Shown: positions 9,958-22,690 of the stretch, one piece after another
Numbering within the stretch: position 1 is the stretch's first letter
How the letters are laid out: every line of letters begins with the position of its first letter
Source of the DNA: Iphione sp. A-MEVVRFRX5
Lineage: Eukaryota
Direction: 5' to 3'
Assembly (NCBI GenBank): GCA_976226885.1
Contig: OZ320316.1
Location: 43,648,001-43,712,000, forward strand
DNA length: 64,000 nt
Program-made: the position numbers and the translations under genes
Notes under the pieces: generated by a model
Database searches by the model: none
The model's input: the letters and a program-made list of their open reading frames with translations, nothing else
What the model was told of the DNA's origin: nothing

Positions 9958-12900
9958 TTATGGGATTGATTTTGGCTCCAATTTCAGTTGTGAGCTTTTA
10001 ACAAATAAAGCATAGAAATTGCTGAAGAATATATATAGCTGAAGGAAACATTTTTAATTTTAGAATCAAATTTCTTGTAAAGTCATTTTGTAAGGTATCT
10101 GATTTAGTATATGTGCGTTCTCTGCCTAAAGTGGTGCATAAAATGTAAAATCTCATTGGGTCATGTGACCCGTGTTTCATGTACACAATAATTTCTTGAG
10201 TATGTTAAGAATATTAAAAAGGATACTAGGTGAACCCATTTCAGCTAACCAGTCACGTATACTTCTAATTAGGAAAACTCCACAATCTATAAGTGGAACG
10301 TCATGTTACTGGCTACTTTCAAGGCTCAGTTGCCGGACGCATTTTTTTATTTGCAAATATATTTAAAGGTAAAATAGCTTAATTGCTTTATTTAAATTGG
10401 TTATATCATCTTTAAAAAGTGCTATCTTTATACCTGTTTTCTCTCTGAATCTATATTACACGGAAGTGAAACCTCATTTCTTTCTAGGAAATTATTCACA
10501 TCCACACTGTTACAATGTTCCAGTGTGCTCCCTTCATAGTTGCAATATATGACAATAAGCTAGATTCCTTTAAGGTCTACAGGTCTTACTTGTACGCTTT
10601 GTTTCTATATCACTCTGTATAAACATTTCAAAGTAATGACTGTTATTTGCAAAATGTATGTAGCCATAATCCTCAGCCTAAAAAATCCAATCAATGTTTT
10701 TAAGAAAACATTTTAAGAAAAATCCTTCTCCCTTATATCAAAGTGATGTGCTGTTACCAATGTTATCTGCCAAGGATAATCTATAAACTTGGACGCTCCA
10801 GGATGCATCACCATATTATGTCAACATTCTTGAGGTTATCCGACTCACTGAAAACCTAACCACTATTTCTGTTGTTCTTGGAAAAGTCATAGAAATAACC
10901 AGGTCATAATAATAGGGTACAAAACGCGATTAAAGAAAGGGAACCACTCAAAAAGCTAGGCACGTACTGACGAGGAAACAACACAGGGAGACAAACATAT
11001 GGGATAACCCACCAGCGAGCAGCATCTGAGCAGTACCTGTGACATTAGTCAGACAAGTGGGATCGGGCAGCGCGGCTCATGTGCAGCGAGGGAAGTGTTA
11101 CTCGCATCGATGATCCTAATATTTGTACTGACGTCAAAGAGAGGATAACAGACAATTGTACCTCTAATCAAACATCTATATTCGAACTCGAATCAACAGT
11201 TTGAAATCTGTAGAGTTAACCGTCGGAGTCCAGGGTTTGGTGGTAAAAAAAACTGTATGAACAATTCGAGAAAGAAACTGGCTCTCAATTGGACCTCAAT
11301 TAAGTAGGGAAAGAAAAATCACCGAATTTAATGAGCTCAACGAATGAAGCATTTAAGTAAGTGGTGTCGCTCCTAAAATGGGCAAAAACATAACAGAGGA
11401 TGATATACTGAGAGAAACAATACTGAGGTGACTGAATAAAGAGGATATTAATCACAAAATACATAGCCGACATCACAGATTAGATGACGAGGGCTGTGAC
11501 ATCTTTGGAAACGACATCCTGTTTGAAAATTAATTTACATGCAATAGTGATTTGGCAATGAACTAAGCTTAGGATGCACCAATACATGTAATATGGATGG
11601 CAAGACTACTTTCAGAGGACCATATACATCATTTTCAAACTATAACTATGTTAGTAACATTCTTGCAGTCGATTTATTCAATAATTTCTGCACAGGATGT
11701 GCCAGTAAATCATAGCAACAGAAAAGAGAGGTGCAAATAACCGTAGGTTATAGTTTAGTTTCAACGGCTAGAGCATATACAATATATCGTCTAAAAATCA
11801 ATACTTCAATATAAATAGAAATCACAATAGTATGTATATAATGTATATTTATTGAAAAGGTAATTTTTTAAAAACTTTATCAAATTCACCATTTGACACT
11901 TCAAAACTATATATATATATATATATATCCATCTATCTATCTAAGCAAATCATGACATGTAAGAACCAGGTGGCCTCATTGAGATATCTGTGGTATGGGA
12001 AATCAATACTGGCCAAGAATACCTTAAAGCCTTAGCACATTAATTGCAACAAGTAACCCTTTCTTTATAGAGCAGCCTGATGGTAGACACTTTGGTAGAG
12101 GATTTCTACTTAATATCACTGAGCACGGAAATAAGGTGGCAGAGAATTAAAATATTTTTTATAATTATTTTATGATAGAGGCCGCATCTACTAGAAGGTC
12201 TACTTTCAGCTAGCATAATGTATCCAGCATAATAGAACCTAAATTAACTACAGGAATAAATCTAACTGACACAATATCTATGTCTATGAGCAGGTTTGAA
12301 ATATTTAATAGAATTTTCTGTAAAGAGTGAGTTTCGTAGGTTTGCAGATTTGACAAATTACGATGGTAGAGATGCTGACAATGAAGGAGCAAACGCAATA
12401 ATAGATTCAATTTTAAATATAGTCGGTAAATAACTCCATTAAAGTAACAGAATACAAAGGCACTGGCATAATTTGCAAGCATGAATACAACACAATTCCT
12501 CGGTTGGTTCTATTAAACACCTTGGCCTATCAGCCTAAGGCTACTAACAGTTCCTTACTTTTCTGCACTTCAGCTACATTATTACTTTAATAGTCCTCTT
12601 TCCACATTACTAACAAGACTGTTAACCATCTTGAATTCATGAAGCCAACTAATGGAACTAATCACATCCTTGACAGATATCAGTTTGTACTTTATATATG
12701 TACTCACTGACATCCATACCTTCTCCTGTAAAGGTTACACATGACACAACCACTGGGTAATAAAACCCTCAGGCTTCAGCGCACATGATGACATGGTGTG
12801 TTATTGGTGAATGGTATGAATGAACAGACAGTGGACTGATTGTTTAGAGGTGAATCATCTTTATATATTTTATTACAAAAGCTTTGGTGACTTCAGACAG

Positions 12901-13616
12901 ATTGTACACTTGGCATAATCATTACCTGAAATGTCGATGGAAAGTAGAACAGAACAAGCGACGTGGGTGTGAGAGAACAATTTATGAAATTTTGTTTGTA
13001 GAGGAGAGGATAGTGACACTCTACATTTAACAGAATGATTTAGCTCGGCATAATAAACAAATCACTGTCGCAGAAAGTGGGAGGTACAGTAATGATGATA
13101 ACATCCAGAGCAGATGCTCTTTTGTTAAAATGCTACCTAGACCAAGTATGGAAATACTGCATTGTTATCAGAAACGTGGCTAAATCAGGTTACCCACATA
13201 CAGCATGACTAGACGGATGGGCTTTGCGAATATTTTCACTTTGTATGAGAATGTGTGTGAAATTTTAACAGATTACCTTGACGGAAAGAGACCGACCCTA
13301 GTCATTTCCTGGTGGATAAGGAAACTAAACATGTCACCGATTGAAAGGTTGGCTTCCTTTATTATTAGAAAGAGTAAACAATTAAAATTTCAGTTCAGAT
13401 GCATAGCAGACTAGCCCGACGTTCTCTCTAAGTAGAGGAAAACTTAGATATGAAGGGGTAGGTGACTACCTAGAAAAAGATTTCCAAAACAGGAAGAATA
13501 AAAACGATAAACCAACAACATTATACTTATTCATGGAGGGATTAACGTTTTTTAAATATATTGGCTAAAGCGTAGTAGACGGTTAGGATATACATTGTCT
13601 ATAGATTATTAATTGG

Positions 13617-13984
13617 AAATTGCCTATTAAAACATTTTACAAGAGATAAATGACATTATATGAGAAAAAGTACACTAAACCCAGCGTTGAAAGGGAAATT
13701 GGAGCATAAAAGTAATACATATGGAAATACAAAAATAACATCACAAATAGCGAGCGATACATCAGCTGAACAAACTGACATATAATGAAGGAACTGAACT
13801 GAAAATTGCCTATTAAAACATTTTACAAGAGATAAATGACGTTATATGAGAAAAAGTACACTGAACCCAGTGTTGAAAGGGAAATCGGAGCATAAAAGTA
13901 ATACATATAGAAATACAAAAATAAGGTCACAAATGGTGAACAATACATCGGCTGAACAAACTGACATATAATGAAGGCAAACTG
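13617..13984 (+). repeat. Tandem dimer of a ~186-bp unit
   Basis: AAATTGCCTATTAAAACATTTTACAAGAG... starts at 13617 and again at 13803. The copies are roughly 90% identical by eye. Confidence 0.9.
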
Positions 13985-14007
13985 TGCACCACTGTTTCCC
14001 TTTGCAG

Positions 14008-14170
14008 AGCAGAGTGTCCGTGTATATTGGATTGATGTGCAACAAGATGAAATTTGGAAAGCTAATGGGAAGAAAAACAACCTTCGAAGCAGAAGACATA
14101 TGGTGTTTGCCTTGGACTGTCAATGTTTCTGGGCAAAGAGTTTTCTCTAGAGATGACAAATACAATGTAC
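14008..14170 (+). pseudogene. Possible decayed exon of a YWTD/LDL-receptor class B beta-propeller protein
   Basis: Good acceptor (tttccctttgcag). Reads RVYWIDVQQDEIWKANG and, after one frameshift, LPWTVNVSGQRVFSRD, resembling consecutive YWTD repeats. No partner exons found. Confidence 0.3.
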
Positions 14171-17100
14171 ATACCTCTGAGCGTCTTTTGAACGAATAAG
14201 TCATAATCTACCCTCATCTGTTTGGCATTTAAAACATTACATGATCACGAGCATGACTTGTGGTAAATAGCACTCTTGTTAGCCCATCCATACTGTCAGA
14301 TTCTTCTGGGTTTTTTTCCTCGATTGCCGCCAGTTCCTTTCATCAATGTGTTAAGAAATAGTCCTCCCCAAAGTAATCTCAGTGCCTGACGTAGCATAAA
14401 GGGCACCGCGTCTCTAAGCCAATTGGTCCCGAAGGAGGCCTTGCCTAGCATATATAATGCAAGAGTAATTTTCCCCTGCTTCCCCGAACTACAGAGCATG
14501 ATCCTACTGTACATGTATGAGAACATTATCCTCTGTACATTTAACAGCGCGACAGCCACATATAGTCAAAGATGTTGGAGGTCCTTCGCAAGCTTCTGAT
14601 GAGTCTTGACCGGTGGCTTCCGCTCAAATTAGGGCTGATGATTGTTGTCCTTTCCAATATAGCTAGGTTCAATATTTAACTGAATCAGTCACCACTTTCT
14701 AAGTTTGTGTGTAAGATTCTACTTAAACATGTACTATGCATGAATATTCCAATAAAATGTCTCCAGTTACAAAGCCTTTTGACATTTGATGAATAAGCTA
14801 CATCATGGAATGAGACGGCAGCAATTTTTGCCCTCAACAGAGGTTTGCCCTTCTTCCTGCGCAATTTTCCCTATATATTGTATTACACTGGCTCTAGCAA
14901 GGCTGCTCTTGCCCATGATCGCCCTCTGTGTTAGGTGGTCGCATTGGTGAAAATATACTGTATGGTATATTATAGAGAGGTTTTAAAGGGATGTCATTAA
15001 TGTTTGTATGGCTACAAGCCTTCTACGAAATGGAATGATGTATGTGTACTAGTATCCATTGCACCACAGAACTGCTAGGGTCAATAAGACTTATAGCCAT
15101 GGCACCACCCTATCACCCACTACCAAATAAGGATGGTTGAGCACTTGTACATAGCACCAGGTAGCGAGCTGCTCCCAAACAAAGGGTTAATGAGTTCATA
15201 TGGTATATGTCAACAGAGCCAACTACTACCAAATAAAGACTATATTTAGATTATTCCATGGTATCACAATGGGCGCCTGGGAAGTTTACGTTACACTGCT
15301 ACCGCGCCACTGTCCAGTGGTTGGTCTCTTGTACTGGAAAAGTTACACTGCGTTCTTCTGGTAGTCTCCCATTGGTCAGAAACATTCCATTTGGGGTTAT
15401 ACATGATTACGCAGTATAAGTTTTAATCAATGCTCTACTTTGATTGGTTACACCTCGTGTTGGTCATGTGACCTTAGCATGGATAGAGATATAGGCCCTG
15501 TGTGGCCAATGAACAGATGAACTGGGGCTGGTTGTGGAACTTGTTTATTACAATATAAACTGCATGTATTTGTTATATGTTTTAAGAAGATTACACTATC
15601 CAAGGTGTCGGGTGCAGTGTGGCTCGAAGGCATATTTGAAGGTGGAGCCTGGGATCGCAGGATTCGGCAGAGTTAGTGGACTCTGGGCGTAGGCACCTGT
15701 TTGTCAGGTGCTCTCAGGATCTTATAGAATAATCATCTCAATGGAATTTCCAAATAATCTCATTTACTATTGTGGAGGTTATCACCATTATATGGTAGAT
15801 AAAATACGAGTCCACAACATTGCCATGTATAATTGTCGAGGCGATAATTATGCAGGTAATGTTGTGGACGAGGACTACCCCACCCACAACTGAACGATGT
15901 ACTGACCCAGTCAAGAAGCGTTCAGTCGGCGAGGCGACAGCTGAGATGACCTGCAATATGTGAAAGAATCAAGGTGCGCTGAGATGGCCATCTTTCAAGA
16001 GACCTCACCATTAATCCCTTTCCTTTGGCCGAGGTAGCTTTCAACCCCCACCCCTCCCACTCCACTTGGGGGGATGGTAGGGATATAAGGACAAAGGTTA
16101 TAGAATTAGAGTCAATGACAGCAAATTTATGCGGCAGTACTGTCTTATTTCAACTGAGCTATCACCAGATTGTTAAAATTCACCTGCTCATAAGAAATAA
16201 GCTAGGGTGTCGGTGTTATCAAAGATCATTCTGACTCAACAATGCTAAGAATAAAGGAAACCCTAGATATGTACAGTGCAACGCGTTCAAGTTGTGTCAT
16301 CTGACGTGCATTACAATTTAGGTTCTCTCCCTGGCGAAATATCAGCTGATCGTTCGTTGATAGGCCAAATGGTCAGGTAAGAGGAGAACTTGGCATGGTT
16401 TGTTAGGCATTAGTGGTCAAGCTGTCATGGTCGTTAAGAGTAAAAAATAGGGAATGTTCATTTTAACATTGTCCAAACATGGACCAATACTAAACATTTC
16501 AATAAAGGCCCAATCCCAAACTGACAATCAATGTGCCCTTTCCGAGACTAACAAGGAATAACGTTTTTGAAGGATTGAGAAGCAGTATACCAGCCCGTCC
16601 GTAAGTCAGGCAATCCATGCCACGAAATTACACTTACTCTGTGAGGGTACTTTGAGGTTCTACTGTGTAATAATGACTTGAAAAAAAAACATCTTTATCC
16701 CACCAAGAAGCACTCGTGTCGTGAGAAGTATACTGCACCTTGTCGATCAATGCATTTCTTTTCTCCGTGCCGTCTCCTAATGCCATCGTAGGGCCGTGCT
16801 GACAGCTGATGGCCGTAGATCAGAGGGTACTTTTATTACATCAGCCGGAGCCGATGAAAGTTTAACGAAGAGGTCGATCTTGAGTAATGACAAGTGAGTA
16901 GGCCTGAAATACTACGTAGAATACAAAATTCCCGAGTGCATGGATCGGCTTGTATGTTACCCCTTCCGGACTTGTTACGTGGATTTGTTCTTTAAATCAT
17001 GACCCAAGGGATCTCCCTACTTATCTATGGCTCATATACCATCTCTGCCATTCACTATTTCCTCTCGGGCCGTCCATTCACATTTATTCCCCTTCGATTC

Positions 17101-17989
17101 TCGCTTACTTTTCTCCTCCTTTGTCCCCGTTTTACCTCTCTGTCACGCGATCGCTTTTAGAGCTCTCTAACGCACTTGAGTTATATATCCCTCTGGGCTG
17201 GCGTAGCGTGGGTATGCCTGTCACTGTAGACAACCGGGCCCCCTCATCTAATGACAATTCGTGTCAGGCAATTACAGCTGGTGGGGAATTTGATGAAATT
17301 AAAGGGTCATCAGAGACATCCTTGATATGATGCGAAAGCCCATGAAATGATCAGAGGGAGCTAGTGGCGGTTGGCAGGAGTGGATTGCCGTGTTGGCCGT
17401 CCCGATAGACCAATCAGCCTGGCGTGGATTCGGACGACAGGCGCGCCGATTACAGGGTAAGCACAGTGCTGATCAGTCGACGAGCACTTGCGCAGCGATC
17501 CGCGGCGCGCTTGCTTTAATCGCCGATGGTCCAGGCCGGCCCGAACGGCAAAGCATTGCATCCCTCGCAAGTGAATGGGCAAGGGTCTACCACTGCGAGT
17601 CGTAAAAAAACAGAGACGCACTTACAGTTGCAGAGGTCGCAAAACTGCAGTCCACCCATTAGCACCTTACGCTGGCACAACCCATTTCTTTTTTTTTTTT
17701 TGCATAATGCCGCTGACATTTTGTTCACTCTTTCGTCGCAGATGTTTACTACGACAGCGGCACTACGTCATAGAAAATGAGTGGTTTGCCTTCTCCATCG
17801 AGAAGTGTTTTGAAACTCGAACACTACAATCTACGCTGTTCTGTCGATTGGTAGCAAATCAGCAGGGGCGCCCCTTACCACAGAGGAAAATCCCGGCAGT
17901 CCATTCATCATCAACACCCATTGACACGTGCACTGAAAGTCAACGAACCCCGTCAAATGGCGTCACGCCATGCTAGCTTTTAGCGAGTA

Positions 17990-18175
17990 AGAGCGAGCAA
18001 CCCCGGTCAGGAGGAAAACCCATGCAGATCTTGGGAAATCCTCTGACCAGCACACTAGGGAAGGGCTTCGCGTGCTGTGTGACCAGATTGGAGTCACCAG
18101 AAACCTTTCAAGTTTAACCACGTGACCAGGGGCATCACCAATGCACGAGCCATGCATGGACAGTACGCCACAGCT
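17990..18175 (+). pseudogene. Possible Crypton-type tyrosine recombinase relic
   Basis: Frameshifted pieces PL.QHT..GLRVLCDQIGV and NHVTRGIT resemble the Crypton PLGKxT...LCxxAGI...TNHSxRATxIT segment. Confidence 0.3.
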
Positions 18176-20989
18176 ATTGTGTACTTTATGCTCCATTCTT
18201 TTAGCGGTACATTCGTATAAACTCAAACTCAACTAAAGGTACATGTATGTTTGGATGCAGATATGAATTAAGTAGATCTAGCACGATGGTGTTAATGTAT
18301 GTTTGATTTGATTTGATTTTTTTATTAACCAGTCTTCGTAAATATATATATATATACAAGGTATATTCTTAAGGTGGGACTTGGCTAGTTCTATACCCAT
18401 CAAAGTGCAACCAGGTTCTGTGGAGCCAAATGGAAACCCTAGTGGTATATGCATGTGTTGTGCCTGCGTTGCTAGGCTACACAACGGCAGCAGTAAGAGT
18501 GCTGGTTGCTCATTGGTTGTTATTCATATATACACATATGCACACATACACACATGGAGGACAGAGGGGTTGATCCTGGTTTCGAAATCCATCTCATCAG
18601 GCACATGGTTGTTTATGAGTACAGGGAAGTTGGTTCCCTTCTGATTAGAAAAAAAACGTTTACAAGGTATATTAGGGAAACGTGTGCACCTCTCTTCCCT
18701 ATAACATGTAACCAACTTATGTGGATTCAAGATTGATTTTCACAAAGGTAGAGGCTACTTAGCTGTGTGAACCGCAGTGAGTGTGCCTGTAAGACTAAAA
18801 ATATATATATTGTAGTGAAGTACTGCAGCACAGCCAGAGAGGGTAGTACGCTTGCACTTATGGCTCTTGCGAATGGCTCTTCCATATCAGGCTCAGCTGT
18901 TTCCATGAAAGGAGGGATCCCTACAACAGTGGCACCAGTGTGGCCCCTCATTTAAATAATGTTATATTGTATTTTAGCTTCTAGGCTCTGATCGGTCAGT
19001 TGACTGGCATCAGTAACACTACATGTAATGGAGAGGATGTTACCTTGTAGCAATCTAAAGGATTCTGTTTGGCCAAGACTGTTGTTAGTTTGATACAATG
19101 TAGCTAAAACATTCTATTCTGGAGTTAAGTGGTTACAATACAGCAAATATGTGGTGTACTGGATACTGATTGGTCACACCTGTTGTTAGTCGTGTGACCA
19201 TAGTTCTGCTATATACATGGGTCCTGTGAGGGTAATAAACAGACTTGAAACCAGGACTGAAGAGCCATTTTGCTTTATTGATCTCACTTAAATCCACAAT
19301 ATGTTGCATGCTTTCATCTTTTTTGCTGTCTTGTTCTCTCTCCACCACATTGATTACTTACGTCTTGTTACTCGGTCCCTGTCAAACACCGGAATTAGCG
19401 AGGCTAGACAGGCAAAAGGCATCGGAAAAATGAGGGTCTATGTCGAATACATCTTCATCCCTCAGTCAAGCACCATTATCGAAGTTCGTCGGCGTAACTC
19501 AGAACATGCTGCCGATTCCCTGTCACAAACAAGTTAGAAACAAAAGCATTGGACTGTATATGCTTAAAGGGTTATTGTTCTATAAAAGCATCACTGTTCT
19601 ATACATATTCACCGCCAATCGCGCCCCAAAAGTACTTTGTCACCGCATGACTTAATCCTGTGGGAGAGCCCCCTGCCTCTTGGAGTCCTCGTGGACGTTG
19701 TCTAGTGCTCAGAACGAACTAATTTGTTGGAGAGCTGCCTTATCAGGACGGGTTGGCTCGGCACCAGAAAGCCCCGCCCGACGAACGCTAATCTCTGGCT
19801 GTGTGTCCTTGGTGTAGCACCGCGCCACTAATAAAGATCTATGCGGCACCCACTCCATGGAGCCAATAACAGGATCGTGTCCGGGGCAGGTCTGCCGTAT
19901 AAATCAAGCGGAACCCAGGGATCGGCTGGCCATCTCCGGCTTCAGGGCAGCTATGCCCCCAACAGCCTTCAGCCACAACCCTCTCCCTCTCATGTGCTAA
20001 ACCCTTCCTGCCGCAACTACACCTAATACACCACCCGTCACCATAGGGCTCATCGGCGCAAACTGATAGGATCAGGATTACCTACCCTGGGGCCTTGATG
20101 ATATCAAAGCACTTGGCCAGGCATCAACATGCATCCCTTCACCTTTCCTTAAAAAGAGGACGCAGGGGCGGGGAATGAAGTTAAGAGGCCACCGATGGCG
20201 GACATTCCAATGACAGGGTTACGTGTTCCGCTTGGTCTAGAGGAAGTTTAATTATTTGACTGGCATATAACGCGTCATTCCCATTTACAGCAGCTATCTT
20301 TAATCAAATACAAGAGTGAGACAACTGTAAAAGGCTAATATGATTGTCTCTGAATAGAGATCATATCCAAAAAGGGGACTGATTGTTGCTCTTTTCTTAT
20401 TATGATATCATGAATTGGGGGGAAAACTCGCTACTTCCAAATGTTGTCCTTCTCTGTGTCTCTATCTTTCGGTCAGACTGACAGTCTGTTTGTCTGGTTG
20501 GTTGATTGTCTCTCTCTCTCTCTCCCTCTCTCTCTCTCATTTACGCTGATATATGCACTTTTGCTTAGATGCTGGGTTTGCAGTATCTATGATGATCCAA
20601 CTCTCTCCGAACCCTCCACAGTCTCATCACAGTACAGGAAGATGCATCGTTCGATGCCTGATACAGGCAAAGAGATGGGTAATCGTCAATCTCTGTCACA
20701 ACTTCCATTACGATAAGGCAGATGCATTGATTGACTATCAATCCTAAAACCTCTTCTGCTCATACTTTACTGCAGACTCTTTACTCTTCCTCACTCCTAC
20801 TTATTCTTTCCCTCTATATGTTCACATATCATATTGGTATTGTATTGATATTGATTTTATTGTCATATCTCTTCATACAGCAGACGAAGTGTTTCTATGA
20901 TGACATAAAGTGAAATTCAACAAATAAATGACAGTGGATATTGTACAGTTTTGGCTTCTATGTCTGTGGCATGATTATTACAATACGTT

Positions 20990-22260
20990 CTAAGCTTGCA
21001 GTACTTTTCTTTACGGCTGATACCAGTGGTGACTCTTTCGGACTCTCACCCAATTTGTTCCATAAGGCAATACCATGATTCATGAACAATGTTTTCACAA
21101 TCAGTTTCTTCTGGCTCATTCTAGCAATTGTTTTTTACTACTACCTCACGTCTTTGTTTTTTGCTTCAGAACCAATCTTCCATCGAGATACATTCAATGA
21201 ATATTAGCGATTGTCTCTATCTGCACAATATTCTTGCATATTCTCACCTTGCTACCAAGTGTAGCGTTATTCCTTTCCTTTTTCTTCTTTTCGCTGAGGA
21301 AATTATTGTCTGTATTGCCTTGTTGTATTATCTTGCCAAGGGCTTATTGGTAACTTAAATAAGTGTACTCTCACTGATTCTAGCATATATGTGCTATAAT
21401 TTACTCATATTGTAAGTCATTCTCACTGTTTTTTATTTAACATTGTTCATCGAGTCTCTCCAAGTCAGGCCCTCAACTAACGTGAATGCAAGCACCAGTA
21501 TTTTTGTTTTTCTATTAATTGTTACATTATTGTACGTGGTGTCCTTTGTTGGAGAATCGAGCACCATCTCACTGTGTGTGTCAAGTAGCACTGTATATTT
21601 CTTTGTAGCTGTGATGGGTCATCACCTGTTACCACAAAGTAATTTAATCTGCATAAAGTGTTACTGTCATATTGTCTGGGAGAGTGTTTAAAATACTATT
21701 TATTACTATATTAAATGCCTGAGTGCTAGGGTTGTTATGAGTTGATAATTGCTGATTTCTGATCAATCTCCTGCTTTAGGTATTGGTATTACCCGGCCCA
21801 CTTTCCATGAATCAACATATTTTCCGCTTTGAATAATTTTGTTAAACAGAAGCAATATTTCTGCTAAAGGAGTCTACGATAACCTTTGATGATAATCCTT
21901 CCCTGTTTGAACTTTGGAAAGTCGATTGACTTCGTATTGCTAACTGTAGATCACTGCTCGTAATAGGCCAAAGATAGAATGATGATTTCCGTGCTGTGCT
22001 ATCAATTTCTGGTGGTTGGAGTGTTCTAGCAACATCTCTTATGCTCTGTACAAAGTAGTTGTTTAAATCTTTAGATAATATTACATTGTCAATGATATGG
22101 CCTGTCTTGTTTTTAACACTGATCTTTTCCTCATATGAATTACCTCGGAGACGGTTAACCTCTCTCCAGCATCTTTTGTTGTTTCACGTCACCTTGTGTA
22201 AGCGGTGTTTGTGGTAATTGTTGGTTTCAAATTTTAAGTACTTTTTAGCAGCTTATCCAA
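20990..22260 (-). mobile_element. Decayed CR1/L2-group LINE ORF2 fragment with an internal deletion
   Basis: Minus strand reads KIIQSGKYVDSWKVGRVIPIPKAGD*SEISNYQLI (~21850-21735), then directly NTLPDNMTVTLYAD* (~21650), then HGIALWNKL (~21060). Multiple stops and frameshifts. Confidence 0.75.
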
Positions 22261-22464
22261 GTAAGTGAACATTCTCTGTGCGTCTGTATTATGTGATCTT
22301 TTGAATTTTGATAGAGAGTATTTTGTATGTATTTACAAATATAGGTATGTTTATATAATGTGGGCTCAACCTGCCCCCCCCCCTTGCTTCTGCTTGATGT
22401 ATGTCATATTCCATGTATGTCCGATGTACGGCTTCTATGGAAGGTTGGCTTGTACAGTATAGCT

Positions 22465-22690
22465 AGACGTACGTACTTTCTCTTGTTTCTATAAATGCAT
22501 ACAGTGTCTCATCTGGTATATCTTGCCATCTGTCAAGAAATGCAAATATTCATGAGCTGTAGTAAGAGGTGGCTATTCTACCCCACTTTCAGGTAAGGTA
22601 AGTTAGCCTCTGAAAAGGCTTCAGGGTCTTCTGCCAGTATGGGATCGGGAGCGCTGCTATGCCAGTGAGCCAACCGGTCTGGTGAGGGTT
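22465..22690 (-). mobile_element. Tc1/mariner transposase C-terminal relic
   Basis: HWHSSAPDP.I resembles WPxxSPDLNPIE, and WQDIPDETLYAFI resembles WxxIPxxxIxxLI. Frameshifted. Confidence 0.35.

Noticed and set aside
19650-20250. GC-rich block resembling a non-LTR retrotransposon 5' UTR with a possible HDV-like ribozyme (TCCTCGT, CTAA motifs)
   Set aside because: I could not build consistent P1/P2/P3 helices by eye, and no ORF follows.
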